Below are positions 9,008-18,434 of a stretch of 64,000 nt of DNA, one piece after another. Positions within the stretch are counted from its first letter, which is position 1, and each line of letters begins with the position of its first letter. This DNA comes from Ruminococcus sp. (GTDB lineage Bacteria > Bacillota > Clostridia > Lachnospirales > Lachnospiraceae), in contig JARHYE010000091.1 in assembly GCA_029258605.1 (NCBI GenBank), positions 1,584 to 65,583 of the forward strand, in the 5' to 3' direction. Below the pieces are notes generated by a model. The model ran no database searches. It worked only from the letters and a program-made list of their open reading frames with translations, and was not told the origin of the DNA. A program made the position numbers and the translations under genes.

Positions 9008-9847
9008 ATGAACTATAGAATAGTTATGGATAGTTGTGGTGAAATGACAGAAGAAATGAAAAACAGTGGGTTTTTTAAGCAAGCTTCACTGACGATGGAC
9101 ATTGGTGGGGTTCACATCAAAGATGATGAAACCTTTGATCAGGCTTCTTTTTTGAGACGTGTAGCAGAGTGCCCAGATAGTCCGAAATCATCTTGTCCAT
9201 CACCAGAAGAGTATATGCAAAGTTATCAGTGTGATGCACAGAGAGTATATGTAGTTACATTATCTTCAGAGTTAAGTGGATCCTATAATAGTGCGGAACT
9301 AGGTAGAAAATTATTTGAAGAAGAATATGGAGAAAAAAATATTTATGTATTCAATTCTCGTTCCGCATCAGTAGGAGAAACGTTAATTGGATTGAAGATT
9401 CAAGAGTGCGAAGAGGCAGGGATGAGTTTCCAAGAAGTGATTGAAACGGTAGAATCCTATATAGCATCACAACATACGTATTTTGTGTTGGAAACGTTAG
9501 ATACGTTGAAGAAAAACGGACGCCTGTCTGGAGTGAAAGCGTTAGTTGCAAGTGCACTGAATATTAAACCGGTTATGGGATCAAATCCAGAAGGACAGAT
9601 TTGTCAATTAGGACAGGCGAGAGGTGTTAAGAAAGCCCTTGCGAAATTGATAGATCACGCATTAAAAGATGCAGAGCATACAAAGGAAAAAGTACTTGGA
9701 ATCTCTCATTGCAATTGTCCAGAAAGGGCAAAAGAAGTACAAAAGATGCTTATGGAAAAAACACCTTTTAAGAGTAGCGTGATTGTAGATACTGCAGGGA
9801 TCAGCACAATGTATGCAAATGATGGTGGAATTATTGTTGTAATATAA
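9008..9847 (+). CDS. DegV-family fatty-acid-binding protein
   Basis: Start at ATG 9008 after GGGAGG. Typical DegV features (IVMDSCGEMT; LSSELSGSYNSA; GISHCNC...). About 280 aa. Confidence 0.8.
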   Translation: MNYRIVMDSCGEMTEEMKNSGFFKQASLTMDIGGVHIKDDETFDQASFLRRVAECPDSPKSSCPSPEEYMQSYQCDAQRVYVVTLSSELSGSYNSAELGRKLFEEEYGEKNIYVFNSRSASVGETLIGLKIQECEEAGMSFQEVIETVESYIASQHTYFVLETLDTLKKNGRLSGVKALVASALNIKPVMGSNPEGQICQLGQARGVKKALAKLIDHALKDAEHTKEKVLGISHCNCPERAKEVQKMLMEKTPFKSSVIVDTAGISTMYANDGGIIVVI

Positions 9848-9866
9848 AAGAAAAAGGAGTCGAAAA

Positions 9867-10103
9867 ATGAGTCAGGAGAAAGTAGATCGCTATAAACAAG
9901 AAAAAGCAAACAGAAAACAGATTATGAAAAAACGAAAGATGAAAAATTTCTTTTTAAATGCATCTGTAGCAGTGGTTGCAGTTGTACTTGTTGGATGGAT
10001 TGGATATTCCGCATTCCATGTATATCAAAGTGGACAGGATCGTAGAGTAGTGGAAGCAAATTATGAGTCGGTAGATTCCTACTTAAACGAAATTTCAAAA
10101 TAA
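9867..10103 (+). CDS. small single-pass membrane protein, unknown function
   Basis: 78 aa. Lys/Arg-rich N-terminus, one TM (FFLNASVAVVAVVLVGWIGYSAF). AAGGAG RBS upstream. Followed by a strong terminator. Confidence 0.55.
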   Translation: MSQEKVDRYKQEKANRKQIMKKRKMKNFFLNASVAVVAVVLVGWIGYSAFHVYQSGQDRRVVEANYESVDSYLNEISK

Positions 10104-10123
10104 TATTTACAGAAAAATGAGAA

Positions 10124-10163
10124 AGTGCGTAACAGATTATGAATTCTGTTGCGCACTTTTTTT
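10124..10163 (+). terminator. intrinsic terminator
   Basis: 12-bp stem: AGTGCGTAACAG (10124-10135) pairs with CTGTTGCGCACT (10146-10157), one G-U. Followed by T7. Confidence 0.8.
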
Positions 10164-10216
10164 GGAAAAAATCAAATGGCTGGAAAAAATATCCAATATA
10201 ATCCTTAAAAAAGGGG

Positions 10217-10245
10217 TTGAAAAAGGGGGGTGAGTGGGGTACAAT
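10217..10245 (+). promoter_or_regulatory. sigma-A-type promoter of the dcw cluster (Pmra)
   Basis: TTGAAA (10217-10222), 17-bp spacer, TACAAT (10240-10245). Lies about 70 nt upstream of mraZ. Confidence 0.6.
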
Positions 10246-10278
10246 GGAGTTACGTGGTAAAAAGTGGTGGAAAGTGGA
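10233..10278 (+). promoter_or_regulatory. putative MraZ operator: 10-bp-phased (G/A)TGG direct repeats
   Basis: GTGG at 10234, ATGG at 10244, GTGG at 10254, 10264 and 10274 (degenerate AAGG at 10284). Exact 10-nt register. Overlaps and follows the -10 element. Confidence 0.55.
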
Positions 10279-10316
10279 GCGAAAAGGAGTGAAAAACTCC
10301 GAAGAAAGGATTCCGT

Positions 10317-10754
10317 ATGTTACTTGGAGAGTTCAATCATACGATAGATGAAAAAGGACGATTGATCATACCGGCAAAATTACGAAACGATCTAGGGGAG
10401 AGTTTCGTTATTTGTAATGGAATGGAAGGTTGTCTTTTTATGTACTCCATGGACGAATGGAATAAATTTGTAGCTGAATTGGAAACACTGCCGCGTATGA
10501 ATAAGGATGCCAGAATATTTAAACGTTATTTTTTCGGAAGTGCATCAGAAGGAAGCTTCGATAAGCAGGGAAGAGTTTTAGTTCCACCTGCGCTTAGAAA
10601 AGCTGCAAATCTGGAGAAAGATGTCGTTCTTGTGGGAGTACAAGATCGAGTTGAAATCTGGGATAAAGCACTTTGGGAAGAGAGAAGTATGGTAAGCGAA
10701 GAAGATTTAGATGCAATTGCAGAACGTATGGAAGCAATCGGCATTCGCATTTAA
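10317..10754 (+). CDS. mraZ: transcriptional regulator MraZ
   Basis: 145 aa with the duplicated motif DEKGRLIIP / DKQGRVLVP. First gene of the dcw cluster. Confidence 0.95.
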   Translation: MLLGEFNHTIDEKGRLIIPAKLRNDLGESFVICNGMEGCLFMYSMDEWNKFVAELETLPRMNKDARIFKRYFFGSASEGSFDKQGRVLVPPALRKAANLEKDVVLVGVQDRVEIWDKALWEERSMVSEEDLDAIAERMEAIGIRI

Positions 10755-10780
10755 TATGCTTTTAAGTAATGGAGGAGTAT

Positions 10781-11716
10781 ATGGCATTTAAACACACAAC
10801 AGTATTATTAAATGAAACAGTAGATGGTCTACATATTAAACCAGATGGAATCTATGTGGATGCAACACTTGGTGGTGGTGGACATGCTTTTAAAGTCTGT
10901 AGCCAATTAGGTGAAAAAGGTAGTTTTGTAGGGATAGATCAGGATGCGGCGGCGATTGAAGCGGCTAGTGCCAGATTACAAGACTTTGGGAAAAAAGTTA
11001 CAATTGTTAGAAGTAATTATTGTGATATTCAGGCCAAACTTCATGAGTTAGGAATTGACAAGGTGGATGGAATTGTTCTGGATTTGGGAGTATCTTCTTA
11101 TCAATTAGATACGGCAGAACGAGGATTTTCCTATCGTAGTGATGCGCCTCTTGATATGAGGATGGATCAAAGACAGAAAATGACTGCGAGAGATATTGTC
11201 AATGAATATAGTGAAGCTGATCTATACAGAGTCATCCGAGATTATGGGGAAGATCGGTTTGCAAAAAATATTGCCAAGCACATTGTGATGGAGAGGGAGA
11301 AACATCCGATTGAAACGACAGGTCAATTAAACGAAGTGATCAGCAGGGCAATACCAATGAAAATACAAAAAACTTCCGGACATCCATCTAAGAGAACATT
11401 TCAGGCAATACGAATTGAATTAAATCATGAATTAGATGTATTGAAAGATACACTAGATACAATGATTGAAATGCTCAATCCAGGTGGGAGAATATGCATT
11501 ATTACATTTCATTCATTAGAAGATCGAATTGTAAAGAGTGCATTTCGCAAAAATGAAGATCCTTGTATATGTCCAAATAATTTTCCTGTATGTGTGTGCG
11601 GAAGAAAATCAAAAGGAAAAGTAATTACAAGAAAACCAATTCTTCCAAGTGATGAGGAATTAGAAAACAATAGTCGCTCAAGAAGTGCGAAGTTACGTAT
11701 ATTCGAACGTATTTGA
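10781..11716 (+). CDS. rsmH: 16S rRNA (cytosine1402-N4)-methyltransferase RsmH
   Basis: Start at ATG 10781 after [40 protein letters not shown] motifs. Confidence 0.95.
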   Translation: MAFKHTTVLLNETVDGLHIKPDGIYVDATLGGGGHAFKVCSQLGEKGSFVGIDQDAAAIEAASARLQDFGKKVTIVRSNYCDIQAKLHELGIDKVDGIVLDLGVSSYQLDTAERGFSYRSDAPLDMRMDQRQKMTARDIVNEYSEADLYRVIRDYGEDRFAKNIAKHIVMEREKHPIETTGQLNEVISRAIPMKIQKTSGHPSKRTFQAIRIELNHELDVLKDTLDTMIEMLNPGGRICIITFHSLEDRIVKSAFRKNEDPCICPNNFPVCVCGRKSKGKVITRKPILPSDEELENNSRSRSAKLRIFERI

Positions 11717-11816
11717 TGAGTGGACGGGGAAAGGGACCCGGTTAAAATGAGTATATAATATATAGGTCCATCAGGAGGGGAGACCTGGTGGATCGATCGT
11801 AAGAAAGGACAGTAAA

Positions 11817-12350
11817 ATGGCTCAGAGTAATAAAATTGTGAGATATAATAACACATATAATGAGTATAGAACACCATATGTGTATGGCAACACAGTTCGT
11901 CAGCCAGAGGTACTGCCAAAGAGAAAAAAAGTTGCACAGCCAAAAAAAACGGTAAGAGTGAGTGCGCAGGTGCGTAAAAATAGAAATCGTGCGACAGCAA
12001 TGAACAAAGCGTATGTTTCGTTTTTGATTATTGCAGCCGTGTGTGTTGTTACAGCATTTATGTTTTATCTGAAATTACAAGCTGATGTTGTAAACGGAGC
12101 TGAGACAGTCACAGCGATGCAACGAGAATTGGAAAATATTACAGAAAAGAATAATACAGATTATCATGAAGTCTATGAAAACGTGGATCTCCAGAAAATC
12201 AAGACAAAAGCAGTTGAGAAGCTAGGAATGGTATATGCGTCAGAAGGACATGTAGAAATGTATGATTGCCCAACAGGTGGTTTTGTGAAACAGTATAATG
12301 CGATTCCAGAGGATGGAGTGCTTGCACAGTCAAGACGCGTGGTAGACTAA
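11817..12350 (+). CDS. ftsL: cell division protein FtsL-like (bitopic)
   Basis: Position between rsmH and the class B PBP. Basic/Tyr-rich cytoplasmic N-terminus, single TM (YVSFLIIAAVCVVTAFMFYL), coiled-coil-like ectodomain. Confidence 0.7.
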   Translation: MAQSNKIVRYNNTYNEYRTPYVYGNTVRQPEVLPKRKKVAQPKKTVRVSAQVRKNRNRATAMNKAYVSFLIIAAVCVVTAFMFYLKLQADVVNGAETVTAMQRELENITEKNNTDYHEVYENVDLQKIKTKAVEKLGMVYASEGHVEMYDCPTGGFVKQYNAIPEDGVLAQSRRVVD

Positions 12351-12361
12351 GGTGTAATAAT

Positions 12362-14221
12362 ATGAAAAAAAGAAAAAAGAAAAATCAATTTCGTTTTTTA
12401 ACAAAAAACTTTCCGAAAAAAATGCAGAAAAAGCTGGTAATGTTGTTCATGACAATCATACTGGCTTTTGTTATTATAATCATAAGAATTACGTATATTA
12501 ATGTTCTAAAAGGAGAAAAATATACTAGAATTGTTTTAAATCAGCAGGTTTATGGAAGTCGAGCTATTCCCTATAAAAGAGGAGATATTGTAGATCGAAA
12601 CGGAACAAAACTTGCGGTAAGTGAAAGAGTTTACAATGTTATTTTAGACGTATTCGAAATGCGCAGGGAAGAGAAATATATTGAACCAACAGTCATGGCT
12701 CTTAAGGATATTTTTGAAATCGATGAAGAGAAAATCAGAGATGCAATCCGAGAAACCCCAGAAAGTAGATATACTATTTTAAAGAAAGGGGTTGGTTATG
12801 ATAAGGCTAAGAAGTTAGAAGAACTCCTTTCGGATAAAAAGAAGGGAGAGAATGTAGTTGGAGTATGGTTAGAAGAAGATTACAAACGAATGTATCCTTA
12901 TCATTCTCTAGCAAGTGATGCGATTGGATTTACTTATGGCGGAAATCAGGGCCAACAAGGAATTGAAAAGTATTACAATGACGTATTAAATGGAACCGAT
13001 GGAAGAGAATATGGATATTTTAATTCCTCATCACTGTCAGAACGCACGGTAAAAGATGCGAAGAATGGGTATACGGTTGTATCAACAATCGATCTGGCCC
13101 TTCAAAGCATTGTAGAAGATAATATAAAACAGTTTAATGAAGAGCATGCAGGTGAGAAAAGAAAAAATGAACCAGGAAGTAAAAATACTGCAGTCATGAT
13201 TATGAACCCACAAAATGGGGAAATTTTGGCTCATGCATCCTATCCAAATTATGATCTTAATAAGCCAGATGATTTAAGCTATAAATTTACAAAAGAGCAA
13301 TTAAAAGCTATGAAGCCAGAGGAAGTTTCGGAAGAATTAAATCAGCTGTGGAAAGATTTTAATGTAAGTGGAGACTATGAACCAGGATCTACAATGAAAC
13401 CATTTACTGTTGCAGCTGGATTAGAAACAGGTGCTTTAAAAGGGAATGAAACCTATGTTTGTGGTGGTGGTCTGCAAGTGGAGGATTTCTATATTCATTG
13501 TCATTTGCACGAAGGACATGGTCTTCAAACGGTGGAACAAGCGTTGGCTAATTCTTGTAATGTTGCCTTAATGGAAATGGGAGCAAAAATAGGAGCAGAA
13601 AACTTGAGTAGGTATCAGCATATTTTTGGATTTGGTGAAAAGACTGGGATTGATCTTCCCAATGAAGTAGATACGAGCTCTCTTGTTTATAAGGCGGATC
13701 AATTAAAAGCAGTAGAGTTGGCCACGAATTCATTTGGACAGGGGATCAATGTTTCCATGGTTCAAATGATGGCAGCGTATTGCTCTTTGATCAACGGAGG
13801 AAATTATTATCAACCTCATATTGTTAAAGAAATCCGAGATGAAAGTGGAAGAGTTGTAGAAGTAAAATCTCCAACCATACTTAAAAAGACGGTTTCAGAA
13901 GAAACGTCAAAGCAGGTAAAAAGTTACATGCGCTCTATGATTTTAAATACAGGTGCTGGACGAATGGGAGATGTAGAAGGGTATGAACTGGGTGGAAAAA
14001 CAGGAACCGCAGAAAAGATTCCACGTGGTAACAATAATTATGTTTTATCCTTTATCTGTTATGCACCACAGGAAAATCCGGAAATTGCGATGTATGTGGT
14101 CATTGATGAACCTAATGTAGAGTTACAAGATGATAGTGCTTATGTAATGAAACTTACACATGATATATTAGAACAGGCATTGCCATATCTAAACATTACA
14201 AAAAGTGAATCAAAAGAATAG
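12362..14221 (+). CDS. class B penicillin-binding protein (transpeptidase), PBP2B/FtsI-like by position
   Basis: N-terminal TM and PBP dimer domain. Transpeptidase motifs STMKPF (SxxK), SCN (SxN), KTGTA (KTG). No PASTA domain evident. Confidence 0.9.
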   Translation: MKKRKKKNQFRFLTKNFPKKMQKKLVMLFMTIILAFVIIIIRITYINVLKGEKYTRIVLNQQVYGSRAIPYKRGDIVDRNGTKLAVSERVYNVILDVFEMRREEKYIEPTVMALKDIFEIDEEKIRDAIRETPESRYTILKKGVGYDKAKKLEELLSDKKKGENVVGVWLEEDYKRMYPYHSLASDAIGFTYGGNQGQQGIEKYYNDVLNGTDGREYGYFNSSSLSERTVKDAKNGYTVVSTIDLALQSIVEDNIKQFNEEHAGEKRKNEPGSKNTAVMIMNPQNGEILAHASYPNYDLNKPDDLSYKFTKEQLKAMKPEEVSEELNQLWKDFNVSGDYEPGSTMKPFTVAAGLETGALKGNETYVCGGGLQVEDFYIHCHLHEGHGLQTVEQALANSCNVALMEMGAKIGAENLSRYQHIFGFGEKTGIDLPNEVDTSSLVYKADQLKAVELATNSFGQGINVSMVQMMAAYCSLINGGNYYQPHIVKEIRDESGRVVEVKSPTILKKTVSEETSKQVKSYMRSMILNTGAGRMGDVEGYELGGKTGTAEKIPRGNNNYVLSFICYAPQENPEIAMYVVIDEPNVELQDDSAYVMKLTHDILEQALPYLNITKSESKE

Positions 14222-14235
14222 GGAAAATTAGGAAT

Positions 14236-14290
14236 AACCTTACAAAAGAGAAAATATCTTATAAAGATAACTTTTGTAAGGTTTTTTATT
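14236..14290 (+). terminator. strong hairpin plus T-tract between the two PBP genes (terminator/attenuator)
   Basis: AACCTTACAAAAG (14236-14248) pairs perfectly with CTTTTGTAAGGTT (14271-14283). An inner TATCTT/AAGATA stem sits in the loop. Followed by TTTTTATT, then ATG 14291. Confidence 0.65.
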
Positions 14291-16036
14291 ATGAAAAATA
14301 AAACGTATAATCGCAAGAAAATATTAGTTGTGTTTGTGTGTGCGTCGATCATATTGATTGCCCTGATAGGAAGGTTGGTATATCTTATGGTATTTGATGC
14401 AGAATATTATCAGAAAAAAGCAACCATGTTGCATGAAAGGGAGCGGACAATAAAAGCTGCGAGAGGTGAGATTGTGGATCGAAATGGAACAGTACTTGCT
14501 ACAAATAAAACAGTTTGTACGATTTCAGTCATCCACAATCAAATTAAGGAACCTGAAAAAGTCATTCGGATTTTATCGAAAGAACTTCAAATAGAGGAGG
14601 AGAAAGTAAAAAAGAGGGTGGAAAAAGTTTCTTCGATGGAAAAAATCAAAACAAATGTAGATAAAAAAATTGGGGACAAGATAAGAAATTATAATTTAGC
14701 AGGGGTTAAAGTGGATGAGGATTATAAAAGATATTATCCTTTTCAAGAAATAGCATCCAAAGTATTAGGGTTTACAGGTGGAGATAATCAAGGAATTATT
14801 GGATTAGAAGTGAAATACGAAGAAGATTTGAAGGGAACAAATGGAACAATTTTGACAGTCACAGATGCAAGAGGAGTAGAATTAGAAGGGGTGGCAGAAG
14901 ATAGAATAGAGCCTGTTCCAGGAAACACGCTTCAAATTAGTTTGGATTATAATATACAAGAATTTTGCCAGCAAGCAGCAGAAAAAGTGATGGAGGAAAA
15001 GCAGGCAGACAGTGTATCCATTTTAATGATGAATCCACAAAATGGAGAAATTTATGCAATGGTGAATGTGCCGGAATTTAATTTAAATGATCCATACAAA
15101 TTAAATACTACAGAAAATATGAATGCTATGACGGACGAGGTCAAGCAAGAAAAATTAAATCAAATGTGGAGAAACCCGAGTATTAATGATACCTATGAAC
15201 CAGGGTCTGTTTTTAAAATTGTGACATCAGCTGCATGTTTAGAAGAGGGTGTGGTAACGATCAACGATACATTTTCTTGTCCGGGATATCGGATTGTAGA
15301 AGATAGAAAAATAAGATGCCATAAAGTAGGAGGACATGGACAAGAAACATTTAAACAAGGAATTCAAAACTCCTGCAATCCTGTTTTTATGGATATTGGA
15401 TTAAGACTTGGCGCTGATCGGTTCTATGAGTATTTTAAAAAATTCGGACTTATGGAACCAACAAAAATCGACCTTCCGGGTGAAGCAGGTACCATTATGC
15501 ACAAAAAAGAGAACATAGGATTGGTGGAGCTTGCAACGATGTCATTTGGTCAATCCTTCCAGATCACACCAGTTCAGATGGCAGCTACCGTTAGTTCTAT
15601 TATTAATGGAGGAAAAAGGATAGTTCCTCATTTCGGGGTGTCTGTTTATGATCATAACGGAGAAAAAATAAAAAAATTTAGATATAAAGAAGGAGAACAA
15701 ATTGTTTCAAAAGAGACATCTGATATTATGCGAATGTTATTAGAAAGTGTAGTATCAGAAGGCTCAGGAAAAAATGCATATATAGAAGGGTATACCATAG
15801 GTGGAAAAACAGCCACATCCCAAACGCTTCCTCGTAGTGCACACAAATATATTTCATCTTTTTTGGGATTTGCTCCAGCAGAAAATCCTAAAATACTTGG
15901 GATGGTGGTTATTCGAAATCCACAAGGGGTTTATTATGGAGGAACCATTGCAGCACCTGTGCTGAAAAATATTTACGATAATGTACTTCCATACCTTGGG
16001 ATTCCGAAAAAAGAATTGAAAAACGATAATCAATAA
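14291..16036 (+). CDS. class B penicillin-binding protein (transpeptidase), SpoVD-like by position
   Basis: N-terminal TM. SVFKIV (SxxK), SCN (SxN), KTATS (KTx) motifs. Second of two tandem bPBPs, as in the B. subtilis pbpB-spoVD arrangement. Confidence 0.88.
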   Translation: MKNKTYNRKKILVVFVCASIILIALIGRLVYLMVFDAEYYQKKATMLHERERTIKAARGEIVDRNGTVLATNKTVCTISVIHNQIKEPEKVIRILSKELQIEEEKVKKRVEKVSSMEKIKTNVDKKIGDKIRNYNLAGVKVDEDYKRYYPFQEIASKVLGFTGGDNQGIIGLEVKYEEDLKGTNGTILTVTDARGVELEGVAEDRIEPVPGNTLQISLDYNIQEFCQQAAEKVMEEKQADSVSILMMNPQNGEIYAMVNVPEFNLNDPYKLNTTENMNAMTDEVKQEKLNQMWRNPSINDTYEPGSVFKIVTSAACLEEGVVTINDTFSCPGYRIVEDRKIRCHKVGGHGQETFKQGIQNSCNPVFMDIGLRLGADRFYEYFKKFGLMEPTKIDLPGEAGTIMHKKENIGLVELATMSFGQSFQITPVQMAATVSSIINGGKRIVPHFGVSVYDHNGEKIKKFRYKEGEQIVSKETSDIMRMLLESVVSEGSGKNAYIEGYTIGGKTATSQTLPRSAHKYISSFLGFAPAENPKILGMVVIRNPQGVYYGGTIAAPVLKNIYDNVLPYLGIPKKELKNDNQ

Positions 16037-16092
16037 GGTATACTTAATGCGTATTAGTATGCGAAAAACGAAAGAGATGATGAGGTGAAAAT

Positions 16093-17049
16093 ATGAGCAG
16101 TAGTGTAGTAATTCCGGTATTAATATCATTTGGTCTTAGTCTTTTACTTGGACCGATCATAATACCATTTCTTAGAAAACTGAAGATGGGACAGACAGAA
16201 AGACAAGAAGGCGTAAAGTCGCATTTAAAGAAAGCGGGAACACCGACTATGGGAGGGATCATTATCTTGACCAGTGTTGTTGTTACTTCTTTACTGTATG
16301 TAAAAGAGTATCCACGAATTATACCAGTGCTATTTCTAACAATTGGATTTGGGTTGATCGGATTTTTAGATGACTTCTTAAAAGTTGTTATGAAAAGATC
16401 GGATGGTTTATTTCCAAAGCAGAAAATGGCTCTTCAGATTGTGGTAACAGCAATTTTTGCATTTTACGTTATCAAAGTTGCAAAGATTCCATTGACGATG
16501 TTAATTCCTTTTTCCAAAGGACATTATTGGGATATTGGATGGTTTGCAGTACCGCTGATGTTTATTGCGGTAATCGGTACAGTGAATGGAACCAACTTTA
16601 CAGACGGATTAGATGGCCTTGCTTCTAGTGTAACCGTACTTGTTGCAACATTCTTTACGGTTGTAGCAATTGGCACAAAAAGTGGAGTGGAGCCGATTAC
16701 ATGTGCAGTAGTGGGTGCATTGCTTGGATTTTTATTATTTAATGTGTACCCAGCAAGTGTGTTTATGGGAGACACAGGATCTCTTGCGCTTGGTGGATTT
16801 GTAATTGGTACTGCTTATATGATGCAGATGCCTTTGTTTGTTATTATTGTAGGTTTGATTTATCTTATCGAGGTGCTTTCTGTAATTCTTCAAGTTGCGT
16901 TCTTTAAGAAAACTGGAGGAAAACGTCTATTTAAAATGGCTCCAATTCATCACCACTTTGAATTGTGTGGTTGGTCAGAAACACGAGTTGTTACAGTCTT
17001 TTCAATTATTACAGCGCTTCTTTGTCTTGTAGCACTTGCGGGGGTGTAA
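16093..17049 (+). CDS. mraY: phospho-N-acetylmuramoyl-pentapeptide transferase MraY
   Basis: KAGTPTMGG, NGTNFTDGLDGLA, MGDTGSLALGG, APIHHHFE motifs. Confidence 0.96.
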   Translation: MSSSVVIPVLISFGLSLLLGPIIIPFLRKLKMGQTERQEGVKSHLKKAGTPTMGGIIILTSVVVTSLLYVKEYPRIIPVLFLTIGFGLIGFLDDFLKVVMKRSDGLFPKQKMALQIVVTAIFAFYVIKVAKIPLTMLIPFSKGHYWDIGWFAVPLMFIAVIGTVNGTNFTDGLDGLASSVTVLVATFFTVVAIGTKSGVEPITCAVVGALLGFLLFNVYPASVFMGDTGSLALGGFVIGTAYMMQMPLFVIIVGLIYLIEVLSVILQVAFFKKTGGKRLFKMAPIHHHFELCGWSETRVVTVFSIITALLCLVALAGV

Positions 17050-17053
17050 GATT

Positions 17054-18421
17054 ATGGAATTAACAAAGAAAAAGGTATTGGTGTTTGGGACTGGAATTAG
17101 TGGGATTGCAGCAGCCAAACTTTTATTGGAACAGAAAGCAGAAGTTGTAGTGTATGACGGAAATGAAGATGTTGATAAATGTCGAATTATTGATCAGATT
17201 TGTGATGGAAAATCAGTTCATCAAAATGTTACAGTTGTCTTAGGAAAGCTAAGTGAAGAACTACTAGACGAGATACAACTTATGATTATTAGCCCGGGGG
17301 TACCCACAGATCTTCCAATCGTAGACCGGTTTCGAGAAAAGAATATCCCGATTTGGGGAGAGATAGAATTGGCATATCGTGTTGGAAAAGGGGATGTCCT
17401 TGCAATTACAGGGACAAACGGAAAAACAACAACAACAGCACTATTGGGTGAAATTATGAAAAATTTCAATGAAGATACGTATGTTGTTGGAAACATTGGA
17501 AACCCTTACACAAGTATTGCAGGGAAAACATCAGAGCGTTCAGTGATTGTTGCAGAAATGAGTAGCTTTCAGTTGGAAACAGTTTATAAATTCCATCCGA
17601 AAGTAAGTGCAATCTTAAATCTATCTCCAGATCATCTGAATAGACATCACACGATGGAAGCATATATTGAAGCAAAACAGAAAATTGCGATGAATCAGTT
17701 AGAAAGAGATACTTGTGTGTTAAATTATGAAGATGAGGTGACACGTAAATTTGGAGAAACACTGAAGGCAAATGTATTGTATTTCAGCAGTCAACGTATC
17801 CTTGAAAAAGGGGTTTATCTGAAAGAAAATGCTATTTTCTATAACACAGGTGAAAATGAAATTAAGATTTGTCAGGTAGAGGAATTAAAACTTCTTGGAA
17901 TCCATAATTATGAAAATGTAATGGCTGCCATTGCAATGTCTGCATCTTATGGGGTGCCAATTGATGTGATCAGAAAGTCAGTCATGGAGTTTCAAGGAGT
18001 AGAGCATCGAATTGAGTTTGTTGCTGAAAAAAATGGAGTTGCATACTATAACGATTCCAAGGGAACAAATCCAGATGCTGCCATTAAAGGAATTCAAGCG
18101 ATGAATCGTCCAACACTTCTTATTGGTGGAGGGTATGACAAAGATTCTTCTTACGATGAATGGATTTCATCTTTTGATGGAAAAGTAAAAAAATTAGTAT
18201 TGGTAGGAGCAACTAGAGAAAAGATTGCCGATACAGCAGCAAGACTTGGATTTACAGAAAGTGTTTTTGCGGATACTTTTGAAGAAGCAGTAGAAATCTG
18301 TATTAAAAATGCAGTTCCTGGAGATGCAGTGCTTTTATCACCAGCATGTGCAAGCTGGGGAATGTTTAAAAATTATGAAGAACGTGGAGATAAGTTTAAA
18401 GAGCTTGTAAATCATATATAA
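17054..18421 (+). CDS. murD: UDP-N-acetylmuramoylalanine--D-glutamate ligase MurD
   Basis: Start at ATG 17054 (MELTKKKVLVFG). GTGISG Rossmann motif, ITGTNGKTTTT P-loop, NDSKGTN. Confidence 0.94.
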   Translation: MELTKKKVLVFGTGISGIAAAKLLLEQKAEVVVYDGNEDVDKCRIIDQICDGKSVHQNVTVVLGKLSEELLDEIQLMIISPGVPTDLPIVDRFREKNIPIWGEIELAYRVGKGDVLAITGTNGKTTTTALLGEIMKNFNEDTYVVGNIGNPYTSIAGKTSERSVIVAEMSSFQLETVYKFHPKVSAILNLSPDHLNRHHTMEAYIEAKQKIAMNQLERDTCVLNYEDEVTRKFGETLKANVLYFSSQRILEKGVYLKENAIFYNTGENEIKICQVEELKLLGIHNYENVMAAIAMSASYGVPIDVIRKSVMEFQGVEHRIEFVAEKNGVAYYNDSKGTNPDAAIKGIQAMNRPTLLIGGGYDKDSSYDEWISSFDGKVKKLVLVGATREKIADTAARLGFTESVFADTFEEAVEICIKNAVPGDAVLLSPACASWGMFKNYEERGDKFKELVNHI

Positions 18422-18434
18422 GGAGCGAAATTTA

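Noticed and set aside
11717-11816. Possible alternative hairpins (GGGACC/GGTCC versus AGGTC/GACCT) and a TATATAATATATA palindrome in the rsmH-ftsL gap, as a riboswitch or attenuator
   Set aside because: The stems are only 5-6 bp, there is no T-tract, and no similarity to any riboswitch class I know. It may simply contain an internal promoter.
11509-12000. 163-aa minus-strand ORF spanning the rsmH 3' end and the ftsL 5' end
   Set aside because: It is antisense to two well-supported genes. The translation is low-complexity (F/Y/S/L/H-rich) with no RBS or recognisable motif. It is a typical shadow ORF in AT-rich DNA.
14162-14191. Sigma-E-like promoter inside the first PBP 3' end: GATATATT, 14 nt, CATATCTA
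   Set aside because: Only the CATA core of the -10 matches the CATACA-T consensus. A transcript starting here would still include the full terminator hairpin. The match is too weak.
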